Source: Phycisphaerales bacterium (GTDB lineage Bacteria; Planctomycetota; Phycisphaerae; Phycisphaerales; UBA1924). From it: 64,000 bases of DNA. The DNA lies in the NCBI GenBank assembly GCA_965227775.1, contig OZ245777.1:736001-800000 (forward strand), written 5' to 3'. Shown in pieces: positions 42,720 through 52,179 of this stretch. Each line of letters opens with the position of its first letter. The first letter of the stretch is position 1. Made by a program: the position numbers and the translations under genes. The notes under the pieces are model-generated. The model had not been told where the DNA came from. It searched no databases and saw only the letters and a program-made list of their open reading frames with translations.

Positions 42720-43280
42720 ATGAAGGCCAACGAGATCCGCCAAGGCAACGCCCTCCAGATCGATGGCAAGGTCTACATCGCCGTCAAGGTCGAGCACACC
42801 AAGCCCGGCAAGGGCCCGGCCTACTACCAGGTGAAGCTCAAGGACGTCGCCACCGGGCTGCACATCGACAAGCGCTACACGGGCGGCGATGCCGTCGAGA
42901 GCGCCCCGATCGACCGACGCGACATGGAGTACCTCTTCAGCGACCAGACCGGCGCGACCTTCATGGACAGCGAGACCTTCGACCAAGTTATCATCGCCCC
43001 CGAGGTGCTGGGCGATGCACTCATGTACCTGGCGCCCAACACCACCTGTACCGTGCTGGTCTACGAAGAAAACCCGCTGAGCCTGGAGCTGCCCGCCAGC
43101 GTCGAGCTCGAGGTCACCGACACCACGCCGGGCATCAAGGGCGCGACCGCGACCAACCAGCTGAAGGAAGCCGAGTGCGAGACCGGGCTCAAGACCCGCG
43201 TGCCGCCCTTCATCACGATCGGCGAGAAGATCAAGGTGGCCACCGAAGACGGCCGCTACCTCGCCCGCGCCAAGGAATAG
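42720..43280 (+). CDS. efp: Elongation factor P
   Basis: HTKPGKGPAY, MEYLF, FMDSETFDQ, KGATAT...K.A.CETG...RVPPFI. Confidence 0.97.
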   Translation: MKANEIRQGNALQIDGKVYIAVKVEHTKPGKGPAYYQVKLKDVATGLHIDKRYTGGDAVESAPIDRRDMEYLFSDQTGATFMDSETFDQVIIAPEVLGDALMYLAPNTTCTVLVYEENPLSLELPASVELEVTDTTPGIKGATATNQLKEAECETGLKTRVPPFITIGEKIKVATEDGRYLARAKE

Positions 43281-43284
43281 GCCG

Positions 43285-43854
43285 GTGGCCGCGTTCGCGG
43301 GCCGCCATCTCGTCATCATCGGCCTGCGCGCGAGCGGCAAGACCTCGGCCGGCCAGTTGGCCGCCGAGCGGCTTGGCGTGCAATTCTGCGATCTCGACGA
43401 CGTGACTACCCAGAACGTGGGCGGCCGCGCGTTCCCGACCGTCAGCGAGGCGTGGGCCGAAGCGGGCGAGGTCGCGTTCCGCGCCGCTGAAGCGGTGGCG
43501 CTTGCGAACACGCTCGTAGCGCGCAAGGACGGCCTTCTCGCGCTCGGTGGTGGCACCGCCGCGTTCGCCGATGCCCGCCGCGTGCTCACCGAAGCAATGG
43601 ACGCCGGCGTCGTGCTCGGCCCGGTCTATCTGCACGCGGCCCCTGACGCCTTGGCCGATCGCCTCCGCCGGGACGTGGGCGACCGGCCTTCCATCACCGG
43701 CGAGCACCCGGCCGACGAGATCGCCGGCCTGTACGACAAGCGGGACGGCATCTATCGCGCCCTCGCGGAGGAACTCGTCGAGGTCGAGCACCTGACGAGC
43801 GATCAGACCGCCGACCGACTCGTGGAGCTCTGGCACCAGCTTGCGGGCCATTGA
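43285..43854 (+). CDS. aroK: Shikimate kinase
   Basis: GLRASGKTS P-loop, DLD, GE.AFR..E, ALGGG, RP, R...Y. Confidence 0.88.
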   Translation: MAAFAGRHLVIIGLRASGKTSAGQLAAERLGVQFCDLDDVTTQNVGGRAFPTVSEAWAEAGEVAFRAAEAVALANTLVARKDGLLALGGGTAAFADARRVLTEAMDAGVVLGPVYLHAAPDALADRLRRDVGDRPSITGEHPADEIAGLYDKRDGIYRALAEELVEVEHLTSDQTADRLVELWHQLAGH

Positions 43855-43881
43855 CCGAGACGCTTTGTTTATGTATTGTTT
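43851..43881 (+). promoter_or_regulatory. Sigma70-type promoter with overlapping GTTT-N7-GTTT direct repeat
   Basis: TTGACC-17 nt-TATTGT ending 5 nt before ATG 43885. Confidence 0.6.
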
Positions 43882-43884
43882 GGT

Positions 43885-45012
43885 ATGCAGGACTTCGAGC
43901 CCTCGTACCGCGACGCTCTGCTCAAGGGCCCGGCCCACCGCCGCGGCGCGGGGCTGAACCCCGGCAACCGTTTCGAGGACGTCCGCCTGCACGTGCTGGG
44001 TGAGGAACTCGACCGCCAGATGGTCGAGCGCGAGTCCGAAGGCGATGGCAAGCCCGTGCAGGTCGAGCGGCGGGTGTACGAGGACCGCACCAAGACCATC
44101 ATCAACCGCGTCGTGCCGACGAGCGACGTGCCCTTCCAATGGACGCTCAACCCCTATCGCGGCTGCGAGCACGGCTGCATCTACTGCTTTGCGCGCCCGT
44201 ACCACGAGTTCCTGGGCTTCAGCTGCGGACTCGACTTCGAGACCAAGCTCATCGCAAAGCCCGACGCCCCCGTGCTGCTGGCAAAGGAACTCTCCAAGAG
44301 AAACTGGAAGGGCGAGCCCATCGTCATGTCGGCCATCACTGACGTCTACCAGCCCATCGAGCACAAGCTCCGCCTCGCGCGCCAGTGCCTGGAAGTGCTC
44401 GCCGAGTGCAACCAGCCCGTAAGCACGATGACCAAGAGCGCGATGGTGCTGCGCGATGCCGGCCTGTGGCAGCGGCTTGCCGCCCACAACGCGGGGCGCG
44501 TCACTGTCACGTTGGTCACGCTCGATGCCCATCTCGCGCGCACGCTCGAACCGCGCGCGACCGACCCGGCCGGACGGCTGCGCACCATCCGCGAACTCAC
44601 CGAAGCGGGCATCCCGGTTTCGGTCAACATCGCGCCGATCATTCCTGGACTGACCGACACCGAGGTTCCCCAGTTGCTCGAGGCCGCGGCGGACGCGGGC
44701 GCGCGGCGCGTGTCCTGGGTGCTGCTCCGGCTGCCGTACCAGCTCAAGGACCTGTTCCTCGACTGGATGCGGCGCAACGTGCACCCAGACCGGACCCGCA
44801 AGATCGAGTCGTTGATCCGTCAAAGCCGCGGGGGCAAGCTCTACGAAGCCGGCAAGAACCGCGGTCGCGGCGACGGCCCGATCGCGAAGCAGATCGCCCA
44901 GACGTTTGATGTGTTCACGCGGCGGTACGGGCTGAATCGTGACATCCGCCCGCTATCCAGCGCCCACTTCGTCAAGCCCGATACGAGCGGGCAGATGGGG
45001 TTATTCGCTTAG
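43885..45012 (+). CDS. PA0069/Rv2578c-family radical SAM protein (spore-photoproduct-lyase-like)
   Basis: LNPYRGCEHGCIYCFAR (CxxxCxxC), GLDFETK, TDVYQPIE, C-terminal QMGLF. Confidence 0.93.
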   Translation: MQDFEPSYRDALLKGPAHRRGAGLNPGNRFEDVRLHVLGEELDRQMVERESEGDGKPVQVERRVYEDRTKTIINRVVPTSDVPFQWTLNPYRGCEHGCIYCFARPYHEFLGFSCGLDFETKLIAKPDAPVLLAKELSKRNWKGEPIVMSAITDVYQPIEHKLRLARQCLEVLAECNQPVSTMTKSAMVLRDAGLWQRLAAHNAGRVTVTLVTLDAHLARTLEPRATDPAGRLRTIRELTEAGIPVSVNIAPIIPGLTDTEVPQLLEAAADAGARRVSWVLLRLPYQLKDLFLDWMRRNVHPDRTRKIESLIRQSRGGKLYEAGKNRGRGDGPIAKQIAQTFDVFTRRYGLNRDIRPLSSAHFVKPDTSGQMGLFA

Positions 45013-45347
45013 CGGCGCTCGTGCTCGAGCCACTGGCAGTCGGACACGATGCACACGCCGCCGTACTTGCGCAGCGAATCGCGGGCAGCCTCGATGACCT
45101 GCGGCGCGCGATCGAGTGACACCGCCAGCAACACGCACGAGTTTGTCGAGACCCCGCTGACGTCGTCGGCCCGCTGATCGCCACGATCGCCGAAGCCCGA
45201 GGCGTTGGGCATGACGGTGTAGCCCGTCGCCCCAGCCTGCCGCAACTTGGTAAGCAAGCGATTGAGGTGCAAGGTGTCGACGACGATCTCCAGCCGCTTC
45301 ATGGGCCGCATGCCCGCGTCGTGTTGCTTGTTCTGCTCGCCGGCCAT
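45009..45347 (-). CDS. sbtB: P-II superfamily protein (SbtB-like)
   Basis: KRLEIVV..GATGYTV...GFGDRG...YGGVCIVSD; TGATG overlap with the upstream permease. Confidence 0.8.
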   Translation of the reverse strand: MAGEQNKQHDAGMRPMKRLEIVVDTLHLNRLLTKLRQAGATGYTVMPNASGFGDRGDQRADDVSGVSTNSCVLLAVSLDRAPQVIEAARDSLRKYGGVCIVSDCQWLEHERR

Positions 45348-46327
45348 CACGCCCACCACCAGTGGATGATCGAGGCATACAGCGGGATGCCCACGATGAT
45401 GTTGAAAGGAAACGTCAGGCCCAGGCTCATGGGCACGTACAGGCTCGGGTTAGCGTCGGGCAGCGCGAGCCGCAACGCGGCCGGCGCAGCGATGTAGCTG
45501 GCACTGCCAAAGAGCACGGCCAGAAGCAGCGCATCACCCCGCTCGAGCCCAAGAGCCCACGCCGCGACGATTCCCAGCGACGCCTGCATCGGCGGCGCGA
45601 TGAGCGCGAAGGCGACAAGGAACATGCCCGAGCGCCGCAGATCACCAAGCCGCCGCGCCGCCACGAGCCCCATGTCAAGCAGGAACAGGCACAGCACGGC
45701 CTGGAACGGGTCCTTCACGAGCGGCTTCATGGTCGCCCAGCCCGAATCGCCGCACAGGTAGCCGATGACCAGGCTGCCCAGCAGGAGCACGATGGCGCTG
45801 TTGGCCAGAGCTTCGTGCGCCATAGCGCGCCACTCGGGCCGCTGGCTGTCATCGCCCTCCATCTTCGAACGCATGATCGTGGCGAGCACGATGCCGGTCA
45901 CGATCGCCGGCGACTCCATGAGCGCCATCGCGGCGATGAGGTGGCCGCTGTACTCGGTCTGGCCGCGCTCGAGGAAGCTGATGGCCGTGATGAACGTCAC
46001 GGCGCTCACCGACCCATAGCAGGCAGCGATACCCGCCGCGTCCTCTCCCTTCAGCTTCGTGCGCAACACGAAGAACGCGAGAATGGGCAACACCGCGCTC
46101 GAGAGCGCGGCCACGCCGAGCGTGCCGACGACGCCCAAGTCCAGCCCGCTGCGATGGAGTTCGTACCCGCCGTGGAAGCCGATGGACACCAGCAGGTAGA
46201 TCGACAGCCCCTTGCCAACCGCCGGCGGCACGCTCAGGTCCGAGCGAATCAGCGTGGCGAGCATGCCCAGCGCAAAGAACAAGATGGGTGGAGAAAGCAG
46301 GTTCTGCGTGAGCGCCGATGGGTCCAC
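45347..46327 (-). CDS. sbtA: Sodium-dependent bicarbonate transport family permease (SbtA-like)
   Basis: LSPPILFFALG..SDL, YGSVSAVTF, MESPAI, FLLDMG, SASYIAAPAA, LGLTFPFNI..GIPLY. Confidence 0.9.
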   Translation of the reverse strand: MDPSALTQNLLSPPILFFALGMLATLIRSDLSVPPAVGKGLSIYLLVSIGFHGGYELHRSGLDLGVVGTLGVAALSSAVLPILAFFVLRTKLKGEDAAGIAACYGSVSAVTFITAISFLERGQTEYSGHLIAAMALMESPAIVTGIVLATIMRSKMEGDDSQRPEWRAMAHEALANSAIVLLLGSLVIGYLCGDSGWATMKPLVKDPFQAVLCLFLLDMGLVAARRLGDLRRSGMFLVAFALIAPPMQASLGIVAAWALGLERGDALLLAVLFGSASYIAAPAALRLALPDANPSLYVPMSLGLTFPFNIIVGIPLYASIIHWWWA

Positions 46328-46402
46328 GGCTGTTCCTGGGGCCGGCCCGCGTCGCGAGCCGGGCGAGAGCGATCGATCAGATCCCCGGCAGGGTCAAGAA
46401 AA

Positions 46403-46474
46403 AGCGGGCGACGCGACTCGAACGCGCAACATTCAGCTTGGAAGGCTGACGCTCTACCATTGAGCTACGCCCGC
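46403..46474 (-). tRNA. tRNA-Gly(TCC)
   Basis: GCGGGCG/CGCCCGC acceptor, TCAGC-CT TCC AA-GCTGA, GTTCGAGTC T-loop. Confidence 0.97.
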
Positions 46475-46588
46475 AAGGCACGATTCGCCGCCTGACTCGA
46501 GGCAACCGTGTCTGTTTCCGCCAAGGCCAGACGCACGCGCCCGACCGGTGACAAGTGTAGTCGCTTTCCTACGTTGCGGAATGACAGA

Positions 46589-47428
46589 CTAATCCGGCAC
46601 GACCTGCCGGAGAAGCAAGCTGTACAACCGCTCGCGCCGGGCCTCGTCGAGTTCGCGGTAGATTCGCAGCATGGTCTCGCGGCGCTGCTCGGGCGTTGCT
46701 GCCAGCCGCGTGGTCTCGATGTGCTCGAGCACGACGTCTCGGATGGCCTCGCGCTGGGCCTCGGTCGGTTCGACGCCGGTGTTGATGCTCTCGAGCAACT
46801 CGCGATAGCGGCGCAGCGAGAGGTCGTAGCCCTCGCGCAGCTCCTGCTGGAACACCTCGAATGCCAGCCGATCGCGCGCCGCGGCAATCACGTGCTCGCC
46901 GCGATCTTCCATCATGCCATCGGCACGCTCGCGGAGCAGCGCCGACCAGTACTCCTCGTTGATCCGCCGCAGCTCGGCCGCGTGCGCCTCCCCCACCGCC
47001 CCGGCCAGGTCTTCCAGCAGCGGCGCATGACGCGAGCCAGTCTCGAATCGCAACCACATCGCGCGCATCGAGTCGCGCGCGGCATCGGCCTCGCCCGCGG
47101 CAATCAGGTCTGTCACCTCGCGCACCGTGTCGAGCTCGTCGACCAGCAGCATGCGGATCGACTCGCCCCGCGCCACATTGATCTCACGCACACGCTCGGC
47201 AACCTCGGTGGAGAGGCTGCGCGTCGCGATGAGCACCTGCGCGGCGGCGATCTCGGGCCTGCCGGCGATGGGTTGCAGGCGACCGTCCATGCCGTAGCGA
47301 ACGATCGTCGCTTGGGCATCGACCGCCGGCCCCGACAGCAAGCCCGGCTCATCGTCCTGAGCGAACGCCGCGGGCCCCATCGCAAGCACGCAACAACCAA
47401 CCAACACCGAGCATGACCGTCCGAGCAT
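46589..47428 (-). CDS. Hypothetical secreted helical protein
   Basis: Signal peptide ending AFA-Q; coding-like GC3. Confidence 0.75.
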   Translation of the reverse strand: MLGRSCSVLVGCCVLAMGPAAFAQDDEPGLLSGPAVDAQATIVRYGMDGRLQPIAGRPEIAAAQVLIATRSLSTEVAERVREINVARGESIRMLLVDELDTVREVTDLIAAGEADAARDSMRAMWLRFETGSRHAPLLEDLAGAVGEAHAAELRRINEEYWSALLRERADGMMEDRGEHVIAAARDRLAFEVFQQELREGYDLSLRRYRELLESINTGVEPTEAQREAIRDVVLEHIETTRLAATPEQRRETMLRIYRELDEARRERLYSLLLRQVVPD

Positions 47429-47498
47429 GGCGCACCTCCACAGGAGTGTGTACGCACACGCCGCTACCAGCGTTTGCCAGACAGCTATCCAGGCCCGC

Positions 47499-49001
47499 TT
47501 ACTGACCCTGCGCCAGCGAGTAGCCCGGCTTGCCGTCGTAGTACTTCAGCGGCTGGAAGTCGGTGACCTCGAACTTCTCGGCGATGCGATCGAGCAGCTG
47601 GATGATCGGCCCCTGGCCCAGGCTGGGCGCGCGGTCCAGGTCTCGCAGCTCGAAGCGGACGCGGTAGTAGTCCACGATCTCGGTGTACACGCTGCCACTG
47701 GGCCACACCTGCGTGCCGCGGTTGCTCATCATCTTGAGCTCGAAGGGCGTGGGTCCACAGATCGATTGCAGGCGATCGGCCAACTCGCTCGGGCTCAGCA
47801 GCGTGTCGAGATAGATGTCGCAGCCCACGTACACGCTCTTGAGCGTCTCGAACGTGCGCATCAGCGTGTTGTGGCGCGGTCGCTCAGGCCGGCTGACGCT
47901 GATGCTCTCGCTCACGCCACTAGTCTCAAGAGCAGCACGGGTCTCGGGCGCCTTGCCGAGGTTGTTGCGGATGGCGTCGCCGAAGTCGGTCGTACCGACG
48001 GCGGGCTTGCCGGTGCCCTCGCCGAAGTCGCCCGTGTGCACGCCCTGCTCGAGCGTGTGGATCAGCGCGTTCTCGATGAGGTTGGCGTGCTTCATCAGGC
48101 CGATGTGCCGCAGCATCATCAGGCCGCTGAGCAGCAGGCTCGTTGGGTTGGCCAGGTTCTTGCCGGCGATGTCCGGCGCCGTGCCGTGCACGGCCTCGAA
48201 GATGCTGACGTGATGCCCGATGTTGGCGCTGGGCGCGAAGCCAAGGCCGCCAACGAGGCCGGCTGCCAGATCGCTCACGATGTCGCCCTGCAGGTTGGGC
48301 AGCACGACCATCTTGAAGTTCTGCGGCTTGAGCACCAGGTTCATGCACAGCGCGTCGATGATGACATCGCCGGTCTCGATGTCCGGGTAATCGCCGCCGA
48401 TCTTGTAGAAGCGCTCCAGGAACAGGCCGTCGCTCATCTTCATGATGTTGGCTTTGTGCCCGCAGTGCACGTTCGAGATACCGAGCCGCTTGGCGGTCTC
48501 GAAGGCCTCGCGGTGCACCTGGTCGCAGCCGGGCGCCGAGATCAGGCGCTTGCACTCGACCACGTCGTTGGTCAGCCGGTGCTCGATGCCGCCGTAGGTG
48601 TCCTCGATGTTCTCACGCACGACGTAGAAGTCAACGGGGATGTTGGCCTTGCTGTAGACCGTCTCCACGCCCGGCAGGCTCTGGAAGTGCCGGACGTTCG
48701 CGAACGCGCCGTACATCTTACGAAGGGTCACGTTGATGCTCTTGCCACCGCCGCCGACGGGCGTGCCCATCGGCCCCTTGTAGACGATCCCCGTTTCTTC
48801 AACCGTGCGGATCGACTCGTCGCTGATGCCCATCGAGTTGCCGGTCCGGAAGACCTTCTCGCCCATCTCCGTGGGCACGAACTCGACGTGGTCCTGCACG
48901 CCCGCGGCCTCGAAGATGCTCAGGCACGCGGCCATGATCTCCGGCCCAATGCCATCACCTTCGGCAAGCGCAACTTTCAGCTTCTGCGACGATTCGGACA
49001 T
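47499..49001 (-). CDS. icd: Isocitrate dehydrogenase (long form with C-terminal extension)
   Basis: GDGIGPEI, KGPMGTP.G.G.KSINVTLRK, RENIEDTYGGIEH, KANIMK.SDGLF, NLQGDIVSD, FEAVHGTAPDIAGK, MSNRG. Confidence 0.92.
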   Translation of the reverse strand: MSESSQKLKVALAEGDGIGPEIMAACLSIFEAAGVQDHVEFVPTEMGEKVFRTGNSMGISDESIRTVEETGIVYKGPMGTPVGGGGKSINVTLRKMYGAFANVRHFQSLPGVETVYSKANIPVDFYVVRENIEDTYGGIEHRLTNDVVECKRLISAPGCDQVHREAFETAKRLGISNVHCGHKANIMKMSDGLFLERFYKIGGDYPDIETGDVIIDALCMNLVLKPQNFKMVVLPNLQGDIVSDLAAGLVGGLGFAPSANIGHHVSIFEAVHGTAPDIAGKNLANPTSLLLSGLMMLRHIGLMKHANLIENALIHTLEQGVHTGDFGEGTGKPAVGTTDFGDAIRNNLGKAPETRAALETSGVSESISVSRPERPRHNTLMRTFETLKSVYVGCDIYLDTLLSPSELADRLQSICGPTPFELKMMSNRGTQVWPSGSVYTEIVDYYRVRFELRDLDRAPSLGQGPIIQLLDRIAEKFEVTDFQPLKYYDGKPGYSLAQGQ

Positions 49002-49118
49002 GACGGCGGCCACCTCTCGAGTGAAGAACGGTGTCTTGGCAAGGTAAGAACGCGCCCCGGCCCCACCACTGGGCCAAGGGGGCATCAGGGTAGGGCCCAT
49101 GCCCCGCCGCCGACCGCT

Positions 49119-50069
49119 TCAGGCCCCCGCCGCCCGCGTCAATCGCTCTCGCACCGCCTCGAAGATCGATCCCGAGCCGGCGGGCACGCAGACCACCACC
49201 AAGGCCGCCCCCATGGCATCGGCCTCGCGCATCGCCGCGTACAGCTCCCGGGCGTAGGCCGGTGCGTCCGCGGGCATGGCGATCGACGCGTTCGGCGGAT
49301 CGACGGCCATCGGCACGCCCGGCGGGGACAGCACCACGCTCGGGCCTTCCCCAATCGCGGCCTCGGCTTCTTGAATCGAACCCACGAGCACGACCCGCGC
49401 CCGCGGCTGGTAGTGCGGCCCCAGCAGACCCGGGCTCGCAACTGGCCGGGCATCTGTGGCGTCGCGCTCGACAACCCGAACGCCGGCTGCATCATGGACT
49501 TCGTGCGGACCAATCACCCCTGGTCGAAGCACGCGAACCGCTGCTCCCTCGATCGCGAGCACCGTCGATTCGAGCCCGACCTCGCAAGGCCCGCCATCGA
49601 GCACGAACACGCTTTCGTCGAACACGCCGCGCACGTGCCCGGGCGTCGTGGGCGAGACATAGCCCGACCGGTTCGCGCTCGGCGCGACCAGCGGCTCTCC
49701 CACGGTCTCGATCAACGCGAGCGCAACCGGATGCTTCGGTACCCGCACGGCGACCGTCGGGCCGCCAGCCGTCACCACATCCGGCACCCAGGCCGCCTTG
49801 GGCAGCACGAGCGTCACCGGCCCGGGCCAAAACACGCGCGCAATCGCGTCAGCCGCGTCCGGCCAGACATCGCAGCACTCCTGGGCCATCTCCAAAGTTG
49901 ATGCGTGCACGATGAGTGGGTTCGTCGCCGGCCGGCCCTTGGCCACGAACACACGCGCAACGGCGGCCGCATCGCGCGCAATCGCCGCAAGGCCGTACAC
50001 AGTCTCGGTGGGCATCGCCACAAGCCCGCCGCGGCGAAGGTGCACCGCCGCGTGCGCGATGGCGTCCAT
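49119..50069 (-). CDS. tsaC: L-threonylcarbamoyladenylate synthase (Sua5 type)
   Basis: PTETVYGL, KGRP..NPLIVH, FWPGPVT, APSANRSG, GLESTV, SPG...HYQP. Confidence 0.95.
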   Translation of the reverse strand: MDAIAHAAVHLRRGGLVAMPTETVYGLAAIARDAAAVARVFVAKGRPATNPLIVHASTLEMAQECCDVWPDAADAIARVFWPGPVTLVLPKAAWVPDVVTAGGPTVAVRVPKHPVALALIETVGEPLVAPSANRSGYVSPTTPGHVRGVFDESVFVLDGGPCEVGLESTVLAIEGAAVRVLRPGVIGPHEVHDAAGVRVVERDATDARPVASPGLLGPHYQPRARVVLVGSIQEAEAAIGEGPSVVLSPPGVPMAVDPPNASIAMPADAPAYARELYAAMREADAMGAALVVVCVPAGSGSIFEAVRERLTRAAGA

Positions 50070-50071
50070 CG

Positions 50072-51892
50072 CTACTGGTCCGAGTCGTCGTACGGGTCTT
50101 GGAGCTTACCGGCATCGGGCACGACGAAGCGCACGCCGTTGCGTTCCAGCGCGGTGCCCATGGCCGCGTGCAGGTTCGAGATGCCGACCATGTAGTCGAC
50201 GAGCGCTCCAACCTCTGCCTGCTCGGCCGCCGCCAGCCGCTCCTGGGCCTGGAATTCCAGATTCAGGCGCTCGGGCGTGTTGACCGCGATCGTGTCGCGC
50301 TGGATGTCCAGCACGCGCACGTTGTTGGCCGCAGCCAGCCGGTTGCTGATGGCTTGACCGATGCGTTCGTAGGCCTCCTTCGTGCGCCGGAGCGACGAAC
50401 GCACCTCCGAGATCACGCCCTGCACGGTGTTGTGATACGCGATAACGGCCTGGTACTGCTGGATGCGGCGCTCGTTGCGCGTCGCCTCGGCCGCACGGTT
50501 GCCGATGGGCAGCTCGAAGTTCAGCCCGAGCAGCCAGCTCTGCCGGCTGAAGCCGTACGAATCGGTGAACGACGTGCCGAGATCGTCGTCGAGATCGCTG
50601 ACGGCAAACTGCGCCCGAAGGTCGAGCTGCGGCAGCAGACCGTTCTCGGCCACGCGGCGGCGGATCGCCGTGTTATCCAGGCTCAGGAGCGCCTGATAGA
50701 TCTCAGGCCGGCGCCGCAGCGCCGACTGGTACGCGTCGAACAAGCCGTACTGGATGTCTTGGTCGACCGGCTCGTCAACGGGAAGCAGCAGCGTCTCGCC
50801 CGCGACGGGATAGCGCGGGTCGCTCATGGCCAGCTTCAGGCGATCGCTCGCCTCGCGCACGTTGGTCTGGCTCTGGATCACCGTCTGGCGGCGCTCCTGC
50901 ACACGCGCGTCGGCATCGGACACCTCGGCCGGGTTGGCGTCGACGTCGGCACGGATGCGGATCTCCCGCCGCGTCTCTTCGCCGCGCGCCAGCAACCGCT
51001 GCACGATCCGCAGGTTCTGCCGAGCCCGGAACAACTCCCAATACGCCGTCTCAACCTCGTTCACCGTGTTGATGGCCTGGGCCTTGAGGTTCGCGACCGA
51101 ATCTCGCTCGGCGTTGCGCGCCAGCAGCAGGCCCTCGCGGGCCACGTCGGTGCCGAAGCCGCGGAGCAACGGCTGATCGACCCGCAGCGTCAGCGTGCTT
51201 TCCCAGGCGGGGTCTGGGCTGAAGGTCAGGTTTGGGTTGTCGGTGAGCACGTCGGTGTACTCGAACTCCTGCACGATCGAGAGCGTGCCGCCGGTGGCCA
51301 TCTGCCGACGCAGGCCCAGCGACGACGTGAGGATGTCTCGCTCGTCGCGCGCCGCGGTAAACTGGCTTGAGGAGATCTGCTCGGTCTCGGAGCTGTTGTA
51401 CTGCGTCGATGCGATGAACACCCAGTCGAACGCCGCTTCGGCGCGCACCACGCCCGCCTCGGCGACCACCGGGTCGAGGCGCGAGAACTGCAACGCGTAG
51501 TTATGCTCGACGGCCGCGCGGATAGCCGACTCGAGGTCGATCGTCGCGACCGCCTGCGGGTTGCCCAGCAGGTCTTCGCCGAACTCGTCGCTGTCCTCGC
51601 CATAGCTGTCCATGCCGGCGATCTTGGCCACGTCGTCACGGAACCGATCGTCGATGTCGATCTCGACCGGCTGACGCTCGAAGGCCCGCAGCCCCTCGCC
51701 CGAGTCCCGGGCCTGGCGCAGCTCATTCATCAGGTTGTCAACCAGGGCACGCTGCGACGCGCGGCTCGGCTCGTCGAGCGGCGTGGCGCATCCGCTGGCA
51801 AGCAGCAGCGCGGCGGCCCCACCCGCGGCGACAACCCACCATCGGCCGTCGAGGCGGCGTTGCGAACGGGCTGGGTTCACACGATCGGTCAT
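50072..51892 (-). CDS. TolC-family outer membrane protein (lipoprotein)
   Basis: Lipobox LASGC; QPLLRGFG, VETAYWEL, RRPEI, LLPQLDL, ELPIGNRAA. Confidence 0.88.
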   Translation of the reverse strand: MTDRVNPARSQRRLDGRWWVVAAGGAAALLLASGCATPLDEPSRASQRALVDNLMNELRQARDSGEGLRAFERQPVEIDIDDRFRDDVAKIAGMDSYGEDSDEFGEDLLGNPQAVATIDLESAIRAAVEHNYALQFSRLDPVVAEAGVVRAEAAFDWVFIASTQYNSSETEQISSSQFTAARDERDILTSSLGLRRQMATGGTLSIVQEFEYTDVLTDNPNLTFSPDPAWESTLTLRVDQPLLRGFGTDVAREGLLLARNAERDSVANLKAQAINTVNEVETAYWELFRARQNLRIVQRLLARGEETRREIRIRADVDANPAEVSDADARVQERRQTVIQSQTNVREASDRLKLAMSDPRYPVAGETLLLPVDEPVDQDIQYGLFDAYQSALRRRPEIYQALLSLDNTAIRRRVAENGLLPQLDLRAQFAVSDLDDDLGTSFTDSYGFSRQSWLLGLNFELPIGNRAAEATRNERRIQQYQAVIAYHNTVQGVISEVRSSLRRTKEAYERIGQAISNRLAAANNVRVLDIQRDTIAVNTPERLNLEFQAQERLAAAEQAEVGALVDYMVGISNLHAAMGTALERNGVRFVVPDAGKLQDPYDDSDQ

Positions 51893-52179
51893 ATTGATTC
51901 TGCTTTCTCGATTTTGCCCGGGTGGTGCGTCCCGGGGCCAACGCCGGATCGGGGGAGGCCGGCGGGAGGGCCCCGGCCGGCGGGCGTGCGGCGGGCCGCG
52001 AAGGCGCTCAAGCCCCCCGCCCATGGGGAGCCGATGCTAGGAGGCTGGGACCGCCGCCCCAAGCGGTCTACCTTTCTATTGTCTGGGGCCTTCGGAGCGA
52101 AGGCCGCCACCCGGCGCACGAGGCGCCGGACATGCAGATGAGTCGCCATGCCCCTGGGGCCCGTTCAACGGAGGGAACG

